A stretch of DNA of 64,000 bases from Candidatus Poribacteria bacterium (GCA_965198235.1 OZ240248.1:4736001-4800000); one strand, 5' to 3'; numbered from the stretch's first letter, positions 48,130 through 58,567 are shown. Translations and numbers: made by a program. Notes: generated from the sequence alone by a model not told the origin.

Positions 48130-50296
48130 TCCGGATGCAGAGGTTGAACTTCTGGCGCGTTGCTACCGTTTCGCGCAAGAGGCGCATGAGGGGCAACAGC
48201 GAAAATCCGGGGAACCCTATTTTACGCATTGCGTCAAAACCGCTGGGATACTCGCAGAACTCCGGCTGGATACGCACACGATCTGTGCTGGACTCATGCA
48301 CGATGTCCTTGAAGATACAGGGATCACTCGCCAAGAAATGCAGGTGCGCTTCGGTGCCAACATTGCTAATCTCGTCGAAGGTGTCACAAAGATCGGTCAG
48401 TATAAACCGAGTGTTACCTCCCAAACCCCCGACCCTGCAAGCACAGTTGAGCACCGCGTCCACCGAAAACGCCAAGCGGAAACCTATCGGAAACTCCTGT
48501 TAGCAACAGCGGAAGACATGCGGGTAATCCTAATTAAACTCGCGGATCGACTTCATAATATGGAAACGCTGGGGTTTCTCTCCAGTGAGAAGTGCCAGAG
48601 AGTCGCAAAGGAAACGTTGGAAATTTATGCCCCGATCGCACACCGATTGGGGCTTTGGCGTATCATGGGACGCCTTGAAGACCTCGCGTTCAAGCATCTC
48701 TACCCTGTCGAATACCGAAAAATTGCCGACCTCCTAAATCAGAAGCTCGCTGAGCGAGAGGCGTACTGTGAGAAGATGGTCAAGCAGATTCGCGGAGAAC
48801 TCGAAAAACGGAATGTTTTTGCCGATGTCCACGGTAGAACGAAGCATATCTATAGTATCTACCAGAAGATGCAACAGAAGGGGACACCCTTCAGTGAAAT
48901 CCGAGATCTGATCGGTCTTCGAATCCTCGTCAAGACTGAGGCTGATTGCTACATCGCACTCGGCGCACTTCATCACAAATGGAATTACCATCCGGATCGA
49001 CTTCGAGATTGGATTGGACAGCCTAAGAAAAACGGGTACCAATCACTTCATACCACGATTCTTGATGACGGTAAACCTATTGAAATACAGATTCGCACGT
49101 ATCAAATGCATAAGATTGCTGAAGATGGCATTGCGGCACATTGGAGTTATAAGGAAGGGTTACCGACGAGCCAACAGGGACGTTCTATTTTCGCGAGCTA
49201 TAAGCAGATACTTGAGGACATACAGGAGACCCAGGATAGTCCCCATCATTTCGTGGAATCCATGAAATTGGAACTCTTCCAAGATGAAGTTTATATTTTT
49301 TCGCCGAAAGGAGATCTCTTTAAACTACCCGCTGGCGCGACGGCGACCGATTTTGCCTATAAAATTCATACAGATGTTGGGCATACATGTGTCGGAGCTG
49401 AGGTTAACGGTGCTGTTGCACCGATTCGACGTGTGCTTCAGAACGGCGACCAAGTCAATATTCGGACACAGCCGAATGGGAAACCGAGCCGGAGCTGGTT
49501 GTCGTATGTCAAAACCGCCACGGCACGGGGTAAAATCAATCACTGGTTTCGTGAAAAGGATAGGGCTGAAGCATTGGAGTTGGGCAAGAAATTTCTCACA
49601 GCGGAGTTACGTGTTTCCTATCTTAATTCCCGGGATTATCTCAATTCCCCGAAACTACTTGACATCGCCAAGCAACTCAAACTCAAAAATCTTGAGGAGC
49701 TTTTCGTCCGGATCGGTAATGGGGATGAATCCGCTACCCAGGTCGTTAATTTATTGAAACCTGAGGTACCGAACCCAGAGACAGAACCTCCGGAAGATGT
49801 TGACCGAAAGCGAAAACCCGAATCACCGCCGGCTGTCCAACTTGAAAACGATATAGACTTAGGTATGATACGAATTATGAAGTGCTGTAACCCGATCCCT
49901 GGGGACCAAGTCGTCGGTTATCTCACACGAGGACGCGGCGTGTCCGTCCATAGAGTCGGCTGTATCCGCATCCTTGATGAACCCGAACGACTCTTAACTG
50001 TCAAATGGAGCGAAAAACCTCTTTCTGAGAATGGGAGTCACCCGCCTCCTATCTATCCCGTCAAAATTCTCGTCGAGTGCAATGACCGACCCGGTATGCT
50101 TGGTGAAATCACGACTTCTATCGCACAATACAAAGTGAATATCCGCTCTGGAAAGTTTGAACCCTCCGCCGTCCACCATGATGCCGAAGCCTCTGATAAC
50201 CTGACTATAGATGTGACAGGTGCCGGGCAACTCGATGAAGTCCTGCAAGCGATTCGGGGCTTAAAAGGCGTACAGCGTGTCACCCGTAAGTCCTAA
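48089..50296 (+). CDS. rel: Bifunctional (p)ppGpp synthetase/hydrolase (RelA/SpoT homologue)
   Basis: HDVLEDT, KLADRLHN, NGYQSLHT, EIQIRT; TGS, CC and ACT domains. Confidence 0.93.
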   Translation: MSIKSLVNQIQAYNPDAEVELLARCYRFAQEAHEGQQRKSGEPYFTHCVKTAGILAELRLDTHTICAGLMHDVLEDTGITRQEMQVRFGANIANLVEGVTKIGQYKPSVTSQTPDPASTVEHRVHRKRQAETYRKLLLATAEDMRVILIKLADRLHNMETLGFLSSEKCQRVAKETLEIYAPIAHRLGLWRIMGRLEDLAFKHLYPVEYRKIADLLNQKLAEREAYCEKMVKQIRGELEKRNVFADVHGRTKHIYSIYQKMQQKGTPFSEIRDLIGLRILVKTEADCYIALGALHHKWNYHPDRLRDWIGQPKKNGYQSLHTTILDDGKPIEIQIRTYQMHKIAEDGIAAHWSYKEGLPTSQQGRSIFASYKQILEDIQETQDSPHHFVESMKLELFQDEVYIFSPKGDLFKLPAGATATDFAYKIHTDVGHTCVGAEVNGAVAPIRRVLQNGDQVNIRTQPNGKPSRSWLSYVKTATARGKINHWFREKDRAEALELGKKFLTAELRVSYLNSRDYLNSPKLLDIAKQLKLKNLEELFVRIGNGDESATQVVNLLKPEVPNPETEPPEDVDRKRKPESPPAVQLENDIDLGMIRIMKCCNPIPGDQVVGYLTRGRGVSVHRVGCIRILDEPERLLTVKWSEKPLSENGSHPPPIYPVKILVECNDRPGMLGEITTSIAQYKVNIRSGKFEPSAVHHDAEASDNLTIDVTGAGQLDEVLQAIRGLKGVQRVTRKS

Positions 50297-50308
50297 ACTC
50301 ATTCCCTT

Positions 50309-50521
50309 CTATACCGGTGCTGGCATCCTCGAAATAACTTTGGCGACTTTTCCGCTCCGTAGACATTTTGTGCAAACGCGAACCCGTCTCGGTCCTTCCG
50401 CAGTTTGAACCCGGACCCGTTGAAGATTTGGCAACCAACGCCGCTTTGTATGCCGCCGTGATTTACTAATCTGGTTGCCTGCCATCGGACGTTTGCTACA
50501 GATCGTACAGACTCGTGACAT
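50309..50521 (-). CDS. rpmB: 50S ribosomal protein L28
   Basis: MSRVCTIC...GNQIS...TKRRWLPNLQ...VCTKCLRSGK. Confidence 0.95.
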   Translation of the reverse strand: MSRVCTICSKRPMAGNQISKSRRHTKRRWLPNLQRVRVQTAEGPRRVRVCTKCLRSGKVAKVISRMPAPV

Positions 50522-50779
50522 TATGTCTGTCTCCTTCCTTCTTTTTCTCTAAAATGTTGGTAAAACCTAAACATTAATGATACCACAATTACAGAGGAAG
50601 TGCAAATTTCTTTACAGACCCAGACCGAAAATAGACATGATTTTTTTTCTTGTCTCTGGTATACTATATCCCTAAGATTTTGACTTCTATACTCCTGTTT
50701 CGCAACAGCGCGTTCACAAACCCCTGCAGATAGAGGAGGCATATTTTTTCCCGAAACGTTTAGTATTAAAATAGAAAAC

Positions 50780-52069
50780 ATGAAAGTTGCTTATATTACC
50801 GCAGGAGCTGCCGGAATGTACTGCGGAACCTGTATCCACGACAACATGGTAGCCACGGTCCTGAAAAAACAAGGACATAACGTTTCCCTGATTCCAACTT
50901 ATACCCCTACCCGAACAGATGAAGCAAATGTGAGCCTGGACCGCGTCTTTTTCGGTGGGATAAACGTCTATCTGCAACAGAAACTCTCTTTTTTTCGGCG
51001 GACACCGTGGACCTTAGACAAACTGCTCGACACTCCGGCACTATTGAATGGCTTGGCGCGATTTAGTAGCTCGACTGACGCTCAAGACCTTGGGCAACTT
51101 ACAGTCTCTATGCTCCGCGCAGAGCAGGGGCATCAAAGCAAGGAATTAGCGAAATTAGTCAAATGGCTCGCCGAAGAGAATAAACCCAATATTGTCTATC
51201 TCACGAATTCCATGCTTGTTGGTTTCACAAGAGAAATTAAAAAGGCGTTAAATGTACCGGTTATCTGCGCGCTCCAAGGCGAAGATATTTTTCTGCAAGA
51301 TCTTATCGAGCCTTACAGATCAGAGGCATTAGCCCTCCTCCGAGAACGTGCTATAGATCCAGATGGCTTTGTGGCACCTTGCGGCTACTATGCACAGTTT
51401 ATGGCAGATACTTACCTTGACATCCCCATTGATAAGATTGATGTGGTCCCGCTCGGATTAAACATGGATGGCCACGGCTTACCTGTCCAAAAACCGGAAC
51501 CACCACCCTTTATTATTGGCTATTTAGCGCGTATCTGTCCTGAAAAGGGGTTACACATCTTGGTGGACGCTTTCCATCTGGTAGCGGAAGCGTTAGGAGC
51601 GGATAACGTTCAATTGCATGTTGCTGGTTACCTCGGCAAGAAAGACGAACCCTATCTTGAGGAACTCGTGAACCAAATTCAGGCATGGGACTTGTCAGAC
51701 AGTTTTGTGTATCACGGCGAGGTGACGCGCACCCAAAAGATTGATTTCCTCAACCGTCTACATGTCTTTTCCGTTCCCACCGTTTACCGTGAATCCAAAG
51801 GGCTGTCGATTATAGAGTCCCTCGCCAATGGTGTGCCGGTCATTCAACCTCGACACGGCGCGTTTCCAGAGATGATCGGTGCTACTGACGGTGGAATCCT
51901 TGTTGAACCGGAATCCCCTGAATCAGTGGCGGCAGGAATCATCGAACTCCTTAACGATACCGAACGACGTGAATACCTCGGAGAAATCGGAAAAATTAAT
52001 GTGCATCAGAAGTTTAGTGATACAATCATTGCAGAACAACTTTTGAAGGTGTTTGAAAAGTATACCTAA
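50780..52069 (+). CDS. Glycosyltransferase family 4 protein
   Basis: ARICPEKG; ESKGLSIIESLANGVPV (EX7E). Confidence 0.88.
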   Translation: MKVAYITAGAAGMYCGTCIHDNMVATVLKKQGHNVSLIPTYTPTRTDEANVSLDRVFFGGINVYLQQKLSFFRRTPWTLDKLLDTPALLNGLARFSSSTDAQDLGQLTVSMLRAEQGHQSKELAKLVKWLAEENKPNIVYLTNSMLVGFTREIKKALNVPVICALQGEDIFLQDLIEPYRSEALALLRERAIDPDGFVAPCGYYAQFMADTYLDIPIDKIDVVPLGLNMDGHGLPVQKPEPPPFIIGYLARICPEKGLHILVDAFHLVAEALGADNVQLHVAGYLGKKDEPYLEELVNQIQAWDLSDSFVYHGEVTRTQKIDFLNRLHVFSVPTVYRESKGLSIIESLANGVPVIQPRHGAFPEMIGATDGGILVEPESPESVAAGIIELLNDTERREYLGEIGKINVHQKFSDTIIAEQLLKVFEKYT

Positions 52070-52132
52070 TGTTTCAATTGCTGGCGCGCTTTGGAAGTGC
52101 TCTCGCCACAACAATCAAGAAGGAAATGGATT

Positions 52133-52606
52133 ATGTCTAAAACATGGCTCATTTTTGTTTTCATGACCGTTTCGTCATGGGGACTTTACGGTGTTTTTTT
52201 ACATCAAGGGCAGGTCTCTATGGCGGATCCTGTGCATGGACGCTACAAAGCGTTCCTCTTTGTCGGACTCGCGTATCTTTTGGCAGCCGTTATCGGTTCT
52301 GCCCTGATGCTTATCCTTAACGGATCTACTTGGCAATTTACAGGTTCGGGTGTCTCCTGGTCATTCATAGCTGGACTTGTCGGTGCTATTGGGGCATTTG
52401 GCGTGCTACTCGCCTTCGGGGCAGGCGGTCGACCTGCTGTCGTAATGTCCATTGTTTTCGCGGGGGCTCCGATTGTAAACGCTATCGTTGCGACGCTATC
52501 ACATCCACCGGCAGGTGGCTGGGGGGCAGTCCGGTGGCAATTTATCGCAGGCATTCTGTTCGCCGCACTCGGCGGCTGTATGGTGATGCTCTATAGACCC
52601 ACTTGA
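52133..52606 (+). CDS. Small multi-pass membrane protein (DMT/EamA-like)
   Basis: About five hydrophobic helices; VMSIVFAGAPIVN. Confidence 0.7.
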   Translation: MSKTWLIFVFMTVSSWGLYGVFLHQGQVSMADPVHGRYKAFLFVGLAYLLAAVIGSALMLILNGSTWQFTGSGVSWSFIAGLVGAIGAFGVLLAFGAGGRPAVVMSIVFAGAPIVNAIVATLSHPPAGGWGAVRWQFIAGILFAALGGCMVMLYRPT

Positions 52607-52798
52607 TAACGTCCAGAAACAGAACCGCTGGACCTCTGACCTTCCTATGTCTTGGAAAGGCGGTTGAACCCCCTACCCCTTTCCCGCGCTCCGTTCGTTT
52701 TACGGAAAAACGCACTTTTCACTATCCTTTTTTTGTGACATGTCTCTAATAGGCAAAGAGGGAGAGTTTTCATGCCTATAGGCGAAGCTTGCGTGCCA

Positions 52799-53386
52799 AT
52801 GTCACACAATCGAGAATTAACGGATGCAAATGATGCCGAGTTAGTCGTCGCTGCACTTGCGGGTAATACACAGGCGTTTGATGTTTTGGTCACCCGCTAC
52901 CGGCGAGCTATGCTGACAATCGCGCAACAGATTGTGCGAAACCCTACCGATGCGGAAGATGTCGTGCAAGACGCGTTTTTGCGGGCTTTTGAAGCACTCC
53001 CACAGCTCTCTGATTTGAACCGTTTTGGGGCGTGGCTCCATTCAATCACACGCAATCGTGCCTTGCGCTACTATAGGAGTGCCAGTCGTTACCAACCGCA
53101 GGAAGATATGGAACCCTATTTAAATAGGGGAGCGGATACATCCGCTGAAGATCCCGCTCACATTGTGGAACGTGAATTGACACAGCAAGCGATCAGGGAC
53201 GCGATTCAGGAGTTACCTACTGATTTCCGAGCAGTTATTGAACTTTATTACTGGGCAGAGATGCCACAAAAACGGATGGCTGAATTCCTATCCCTCCCAC
53301 TGTCAACTGTGAAGTGGCGACTCCATAAGGCGAAGGAACTGCTCAAAACGACTTTGGAAAGGCGCGGCTACAGTGAGAATATGTGA
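52799..53386 (+). CDS. ECF RNA polymerase sigma factor
   Basis: DAEDVVQDAF, FGAWLHSITRN, STVKWRLHKAK. Confidence 0.92.
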   Translation: MSHNRELTDANDAELVVAALAGNTQAFDVLVTRYRRAMLTIAQQIVRNPTDAEDVVQDAFLRAFEALPQLSDLNRFGAWLHSITRNRALRYYRSASRYQPQEDMEPYLNRGADTSAEDPAHIVERELTQQAIRDAIQELPTDFRAVIELYYWAEMPQKRMAEFLSLPLSTVKWRLHKAKELLKTTLERRGYSENM

Positions 53387-53431
53387 CACTCCTTTCTTCA
53401 TTGAAATGGGTTCATCATTTGCGTGAGTTTC

Positions 53432-53512
53432 GTAGCGTAGCCTGTTAGGTTGCGTCATACGATGCATAATCTAACAGATTATACTACAAAAGAGCAGCGT
53501 GCGTAAGTCCTA
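53432..53512. repeat. MITE-like repeat family B copy
   Basis: GTAG...CTGTTAGGTT/AATCTAACAG...CTAC palindrome ending TGCGTAAGTCCTA. Confidence 0.65.
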
Positions 53513-53671
53513 AAAAAAGATGGAAACTTCGGTTACTTTAACCCAAACCCGGTTAGAATTCGCCGGAAACCACCGCGTAATGAAATTAGGTTTCCTTAAA
53601 TGGCATAATTTTGCTTCGCAGTGAGAATGCTTTACATTTGGAGCGGTACCCAGGAGGCTATAGTTAAAAAA

Positions 53672-55081
53672 ATGGAACAACAAAGGCAACAGGAGCTCAG
53701 AGGGCTTTTTCACATGTTGGAGCACACCGCAAAAATCGCAGAGGACGCCGCGTTAACGGGAGCGTTCAGTGGTGGCGAAACGCAGTGCATCTCCCAATTC
53801 AATAACGTCCTCAAACGTCTCAGTGACATCAACGCAATACCTGATGGACTTTTTGAAGTGCTGCAAGCAGACGCGTCCTTTAGCCAGATTGGAATCGCTT
53901 GTCATCAACTCGCCGCCTACCTCAACGAAGAATTGGATACGACCGCAGATTTCAAGGGATGGTTCTCCAGTTTCTTCGGAAAACGGTTCATGGAAAATCT
54001 AACAGAGGAGTTGGCAGACAAGCCATTCGGCGACTTAATCCGCAAAGCTGTTCCAGATTTCTTAACTGAGACGACACTGGAAGACATCGTTGAGGTGTTT
54101 CCTGTCGCGCTCGGTGGAAGGTTAACGGTTGATGCTGATTTCGGGGCAATTGATGTGCAGAGCGCAGAGGGTGATAACCTCTCTGTCCGCGTCCGACGCG
54201 CCGCACAGTTGAAGGAAGACCGGCGTGCGGGGGAAGTTCTCAAGAATTTTGATGTACAGATGACACACGAAGCAACGGATGTCAAAATTGAGGCGAAATT
54301 CAGAGGTCCGGTAAAGCAATGGAAAAGGGCGAAAAAGCGCTTGGATGTCCAATTTGAGATCGTCGTTCCGCGAAACTATGCACTTGATTTGAAGACCGCG
54401 GATGAGGAAATTTCCGTTGTGGATATAGGTGGAGATGTGAATGTTCGCACAGCCGGTGCGGGACTCCGTTTACAAAATATCACCGGACGTATTGATGGAA
54501 CAACTTCCGGTGGAAACATAGATCTCAAGGCGTTCAAGAGCGACGTGGCACTTCGAACAAGTGGCGGGAATATTACGCTTGAGGGAGGCACGGGCGATGT
54601 CAAAGCCAAAACATCGAGTGGAAACATCCGGGTTACCGATGTCATGGGTGCTGTCAACGGGGAAACCTCCGGCGGCAATGTTACCCTAAGGGAATGCAAA
54701 GGCGGAGCAGACGTGAAAACTGCTGGCGGAAGTATAGAGGTAGAGAACGACGGACCCGTCCTGGCGAAAACGAGTGGTGGCTCTATTCGCTGTCAACTCC
54801 AAGAGGCAGTTTCAAGTCAAAACTTGCTACTGGATCTGGAAACAACAGGTGGCAGTATCAATGTTTCGCTCGTTCCGGATATTGCTGCGACAGTCGAAGC
54901 AAGGGTGCTTGGAGGTTCAGTGACCACAGAATTTCCGGTAGCGGTGGAGACGGCAGGTGCTGTCAAACCCGATCAGTTGCATGGAACTATTAATGGTGGG
55001 GGACCACTTCTGCGACTCTTTTCCGTCGGCGGGAACGTCATACTTAGGAAGTCAGAGGGACACAATCCAACAGAGGTATAA
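53672..55081 (+). CDS. DUF4097 (adhesin-like beta-strand repeat) protein with an N-terminal helical domain
   Basis: Repeated TSGGNI/TAGGSI motifs; no signal peptide. Confidence 0.82.
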   Translation: MEQQRQQELRGLFHMLEHTAKIAEDAALTGAFSGGETQCISQFNNVLKRLSDINAIPDGLFEVLQADASFSQIGIACHQLAAYLNEELDTTADFKGWFSSFFGKRFMENLTEELADKPFGDLIRKAVPDFLTETTLEDIVEVFPVALGGRLTVDADFGAIDVQSAEGDNLSVRVRRAAQLKEDRRAGEVLKNFDVQMTHEATDVKIEAKFRGPVKQWKRAKKRLDVQFEIVVPRNYALDLKTADEEISVVDIGGDVNVRTAGAGLRLQNITGRIDGTTSGGNIDLKAFKSDVALRTSGGNITLEGGTGDVKAKTSSGNIRVTDVMGAVNGETSGGNVTLRECKGGADVKTAGGSIEVENDGPVLAKTSGGSIRCQLQEAVSSQNLLLDLETTGGSINVSLVPDIAATVEARVLGGSVTTEFPVAVETAGAVKPDQLHGTINGGGPLLRLFSVGGNVILRKSEGHNPTEV

Positions 55082-55213
55082 CGTGTTGAAAATTTGAAAG
55101 CAACACTTCATTGTTGTAAACCTTACACCCTCAACCAACGCTGGCGAGGTTTCCAACCTCGCCCTCTTAGGCATCCAAGAATTGTATATTTTGCTATAGT
55201 TTGGAGATGAATC

Positions 55214-55465
55214 ATGGGATTACTGTCGATTCTCAGTTTAATATGGGGTATATTGGCTATTATCGGGATGGCAGTTGCCATTATCCCGTTTCTTGGGGCA
55301 CTCAATTACCTTAACATTCCGTTCGCAGTCTTTGGATTGCTTTTCAGTGTCCTTGCGCTTGTCCTATCGTCGAACAAAGAATATGCTGTTGCTGGGTGTG
55401 TCCTTTGTGGCGTGGCCATTTTCTTGGGTGCCATCCGACTTGTCTTGGGATTCGGGGTTCTCTAA
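55214..55465 (+). CDS. Small membrane protein
   Basis: 83 aa, about three hydrophobic segments, GGAG RBS. Confidence 0.7.
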   Translation: MGLLSILSLIWGILAIIGMAVAIIPFLGALNYLNIPFAVFGLLFSVLALVLSSNKEYAVAGCVLCGVAIFLGAIRLVLGFGVL

Positions 55466-55538
55466 TTAGACCTTCTGACATACTCCCAAACCTAAAGGAT
55501 TGGGGTTCTTTTGTTCCTTTTAGAAACATTCCTTGGGT

Positions 55539-56771
55539 TTAAGCCAAGGCAACAGGGACTTTCAAACGAAAGCCCAAGGGCGGTGTCATTTTCATGGGTG
55601 TGCCCATGTCCGCCACTACAGGGTCGCCGAGGTGACCGAGATACTTTTGTCTTATATTTATAGCACCTACGCCGTCGCGATGATACTGAAAACCGCAGTT
55701 GCAGGTATAGTTTCGGTTGTTTGGTTTCTTTCGGTTGCCACACTTCGGGCAAGTTTGAGAGGTATACGCCTCATCTATGACCTCTACCTTGATACCGAGG
55801 GATACCTTTGCCTTGTAGGTAATCAAGTCCGTGATTTTACCGAAAGCCCACTGGTGGAGTTTTTGGTTCGTGCGTTTACCGTAGTCAATGTTTTCTCGGA
55901 TACCCGTAAGGTCTCCAAGAATGATTCTGCCGATACCTATAGTTTGGCAATACTTCAGAAACTTTGTGGTATGCTTATGGAGTGCATCTTTGATTTGGTC
56001 GTCAATCTTTTTGATACGCTTCCACTTTCTACGTGTGAGTTTCCACCAGCGTTTAGAATGGCGTTTACACCTACTGATAGCACGACTGAATTCAGCAAGC
56101 ACTTTATTCCGCAGTCGGTATAGCGAGCGGATATACCGTCCATTGAAAATACGTGTATCTGCTCCGTCATGACTGACAATCGGGTGGATTTCGCCAATAT
56201 CAACGCCTATGATACCGCCACCTGTTTCGGTGGGTTTGGTTTCATATCTATAGGAGAAATGGAGCGTCCATTGACCGTGGTTATAGCATAAATCAATCGT
56301 TGCGATATGTTCTGCTTTAGACATATCAAAGTTTTTCGGCAAAGGGATCCGTAGTTTCGGTCTACCTTTTCCCATGGAAAGTTCAACACACTTTTCTGCG
56401 AAGGTAATAGCAGATTTTAGCCAGCGTGTCGTCATGTAGTTTTTTTGCTTGTTTGGAGGTTTCGGACTCCGAATGCCACCCCTCTTTTTCAACGCAGAAT
56501 AGGACACCCAAGATTTGAAGTAGTGTTTCCGAATCGCTTGAATACTTTGCGAATGGAGCGGTTGCTTTTTACTCAGCTGTTTATCCACCCACCCCTCACA
56601 ATCACCCCCGAAATAGAAGTGGTCGTGAGCATGTGGATAGCCACGATGCCATTGATACATAGTCATTTGATACTTACACTCATTCCAAACGGAGGCAGAC
56701 GCAGCGTTGATTTCAGAGTATCTCGATTGTGGCGCTATTTTGAGTACCTCGGTTCTGTGAAACTTTGGCAT
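55539..56771 (-). CDS. tnpB: RNA-guided endonuclease TnpB
   Basis: GVDIGE RuvC-I, TSQTCPKC/CNC Zn finger, HRDGVGAINI RuvC-III. Confidence 0.93.
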   Translation of the reverse strand: MPKFHRTEVLKIAPQSRYSEINAASASVWNECKYQMTMYQWHRGYPHAHDHFYFGGDCEGWVDKQLSKKQPLHSQSIQAIRKHYFKSWVSYSALKKRGGIRSPKPPNKQKNYMTTRWLKSAITFAEKCVELSMGKGRPKLRIPLPKNFDMSKAEHIATIDLCYNHGQWTLHFSYRYETKPTETGGGIIGVDIGEIHPIVSHDGADTRIFNGRYIRSLYRLRNKVLAEFSRAISRCKRHSKRWWKLTRRKWKRIKKIDDQIKDALHKHTTKFLKYCQTIGIGRIILGDLTGIRENIDYGKRTNQKLHQWAFGKITDLITYKAKVSLGIKVEVIDEAYTSQTCPKCGNRKKPNNRNYTCNCGFQYHRDGVGAINIRQKYLGHLGDPVVADMGTPMKMTPPLGFRLKVPVALA

Positions 56772-57185
56772 TTAGACACCTTTTTGGTTCTCAATATACT
56801 GCTTTAGAACTTCAAGGGTAACATTTCCTGCACTCGCTACAAACTTTGAACGCGTCCACAGACAAGGTAAACGACGCTTAAGTATTGGAAACTCATTGCG
56901 TAGTATTTTTGCTGTGTAACCTTTGATTTTTCCAATCACACTTGTAACTGAAATGTCGGGGGGAATACTCGCAAGCAAATGAATGTGATCAGGCATACTT
57001 TCAACTTCTCTGACAACATAGGGATATGCCTCTTGTTGTTCAAGAATTAATGCTTTGAGTCTTGCTTGGATTTCTGGTGATAGAACAGAACGACGATACT
57101 TCGTGCACCAAATCATGTGATACTCACAAGCATATAGACTTGTTTCTGTGGAAATATATTTGTGGTCATTGTTAGTAATATTCAT
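56772..57185 (-). CDS. tnpA: IS200 family Y1 (HUH) transposase
   Basis: YHMIWCTKYRR, DHIH, YIENQ. Confidence 0.94.
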   Translation of the reverse strand: MNITNNDHKYISTETSLYACEYHMIWCTKYRRSVLSPEIQARLKALILEQQEAYPYVVREVESMPDHIHLLASIPPDISVTSVIGKIKGYTAKILRNEFPILKRRLPCLWTRSKFVASAGNVTLEVLKQYIENQKGV

Positions 57186-57608
57186 ACTATTAATTATATC
57201 ACAAAGATTAGTTGTTGTCAAGTCAATTTGTAAAATATATTAGTTTTTGATATGTCAACCGATTAGCCGCTACTACATCCCAAACCTAAAGGATTGGGTT
57301 TTGTAGCGGAAGGTTTGATAAGGTAGGTAGAACAACTTCTATTGGGGAGCGGATTTTATCAAACGAGGAAAACGTATAGGGCAAGTAACTGCACAAAGTT
57401 TTCTATGATAATCTAATTCTTTGCGTTGTTTTCTATATTTTTGAAAAATGATATTGAATTTTCTATAATAATAGGAAATAATATGTTATTATGGAACACA
57501 GATTAGTAAAGATTGGTATGGTAAAATGGGTGCAGTTTATTCAAACTCACGTACTTAACGCGAAACTCACGTAAAAGTGAGATTCATTTCTCTAGGAGGT
57601 TGAACGGC

Positions 57609-58304
57609 ATGAAAATTATGTTGGTATTAGCAGGATTTGTGTTGATGATAGCCTATATTGTTATCAGCACGAGCGACATGGCACAGGCGGAGGAAGTCTT
57701 GGGAACAGGAACGGATGAACTGCTAGGAGGAGACCTAACCGACCCAGAAGACGATGGTGATCCTGAATCAGATGACGATTACAACGCCATTTTCTCAGCC
57801 AATGATGAACCCGGATTCGCGGGCGGGGAATTTGCGTTTAACGTCTTCGATAACCGCCTTGGCCCCAGCAATGACAAATGGTGCTGCGGACGTGGGGGCG
57901 GCATTCCGGATGAAGGTCTACACGTGACAGCTGAGTTTGAGGAGCAGTACGCATTGACACACTTCACCGTATCTTCAGCGAACGATGTTCCTCCGAGGGA
58001 CCCTACAGTGTGGGAGATTCAGGGGTCGAACGACGGCGATGAATTTACGACCATCTTTTCTCACGACGGGGATAGCTTTTGGGAACAGCGACTGCAAGTC
58101 GTCCTTTTTGAGGCAGGGGAAGATTACGACGTTCAAAAAACCGGGTATCGGTTTTTTCGGCATGTTACTTTTGACACCGCATCGAACCCAGCCGGGGCGT
58201 ACTTTCAAATTGGCGAAATTGAGTACTTCGGCGATGATAGTTTTCCCGTAGACCCTAAAGCCAAGCTCACAACCACATGGGGACGCATCAAAAACGTCCG
58301 ATAA
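57609..58304 (+). CDS. Secreted acidic protein with a discoidin/galactose-binding-like domain and a Poribacteria-type C-terminal motif
   Basis: Signal peptide; SANDVPPRDPTVWEIQGSNDG, YRFFR, QIGEIEYFG; tail VDPKAKLTTTWGRIK; TTG start at 57600 possible. Confidence 0.75.
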   Translation: MKIMLVLAGFVLMIAYIVISTSDMAQAEEVLGTGTDELLGGDLTDPEDDGDPESDDDYNAIFSANDEPGFAGGEFAFNVFDNRLGPSNDKWCCGRGGGIPDEGLHVTAEFEEQYALTHFTVSSANDVPPRDPTVWEIQGSNDGDEFTTIFSHDGDSFWEQRLQVVLFEAGEDYDVQKTGYRFFRHVTFDTASNPAGAYFQIGEIEYFGDDSFPVDPKAKLTTTWGRIKNVR

Positions 58305-58567
58305 GCGCAAATCTCGGACATTTTCTAAATCGGCTTGAATCCAGTAATAACTTGGTTTGAGTCGTTTTTCATATCCGCTTGAAACCGTATGGACTCTACT
58401 GGGGAGGACCTTTTCGATTATGAACCGCGAAAATCTTCATGCTCATATTGATTATGAGCTTATAACAGCGGTTCATCTTGGCGCAAATGCCAGCAAGAAA
58501 GCGAAGTCAACAACGAATGCAACGATCGTGAGCCGTGCCCCTTTGTATTCATTATGGCTCTCTGCCC

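Larger units (their letters stand above)
55476..57317 (-). mobile_element. IS200/IS605 family element (tnpA + tnpB)
   Basis: Identical subterminal hairpin CCCAATCCTTTAGGTTTGGGA at both ends; right end ...GTCA; TTAT abuts the left end. Confidence 0.92.

Noticed and set aside
52071-52109. GTTTCAAT-starting ~39-nt palindromic unit resembling a CRISPR repeat
   Set aside because: Single copy, no spacers and no cas genes in the window; may be an ordinary intergenic hairpin
55533-56123. 196-aa plus-strand ORF
   Set aside because: Antisense shadow of tnpB
58305-58567. Possible left end belonging to the orphan IS605 right end
   Set aside because: No matching subterminal hairpin found; region left unassigned
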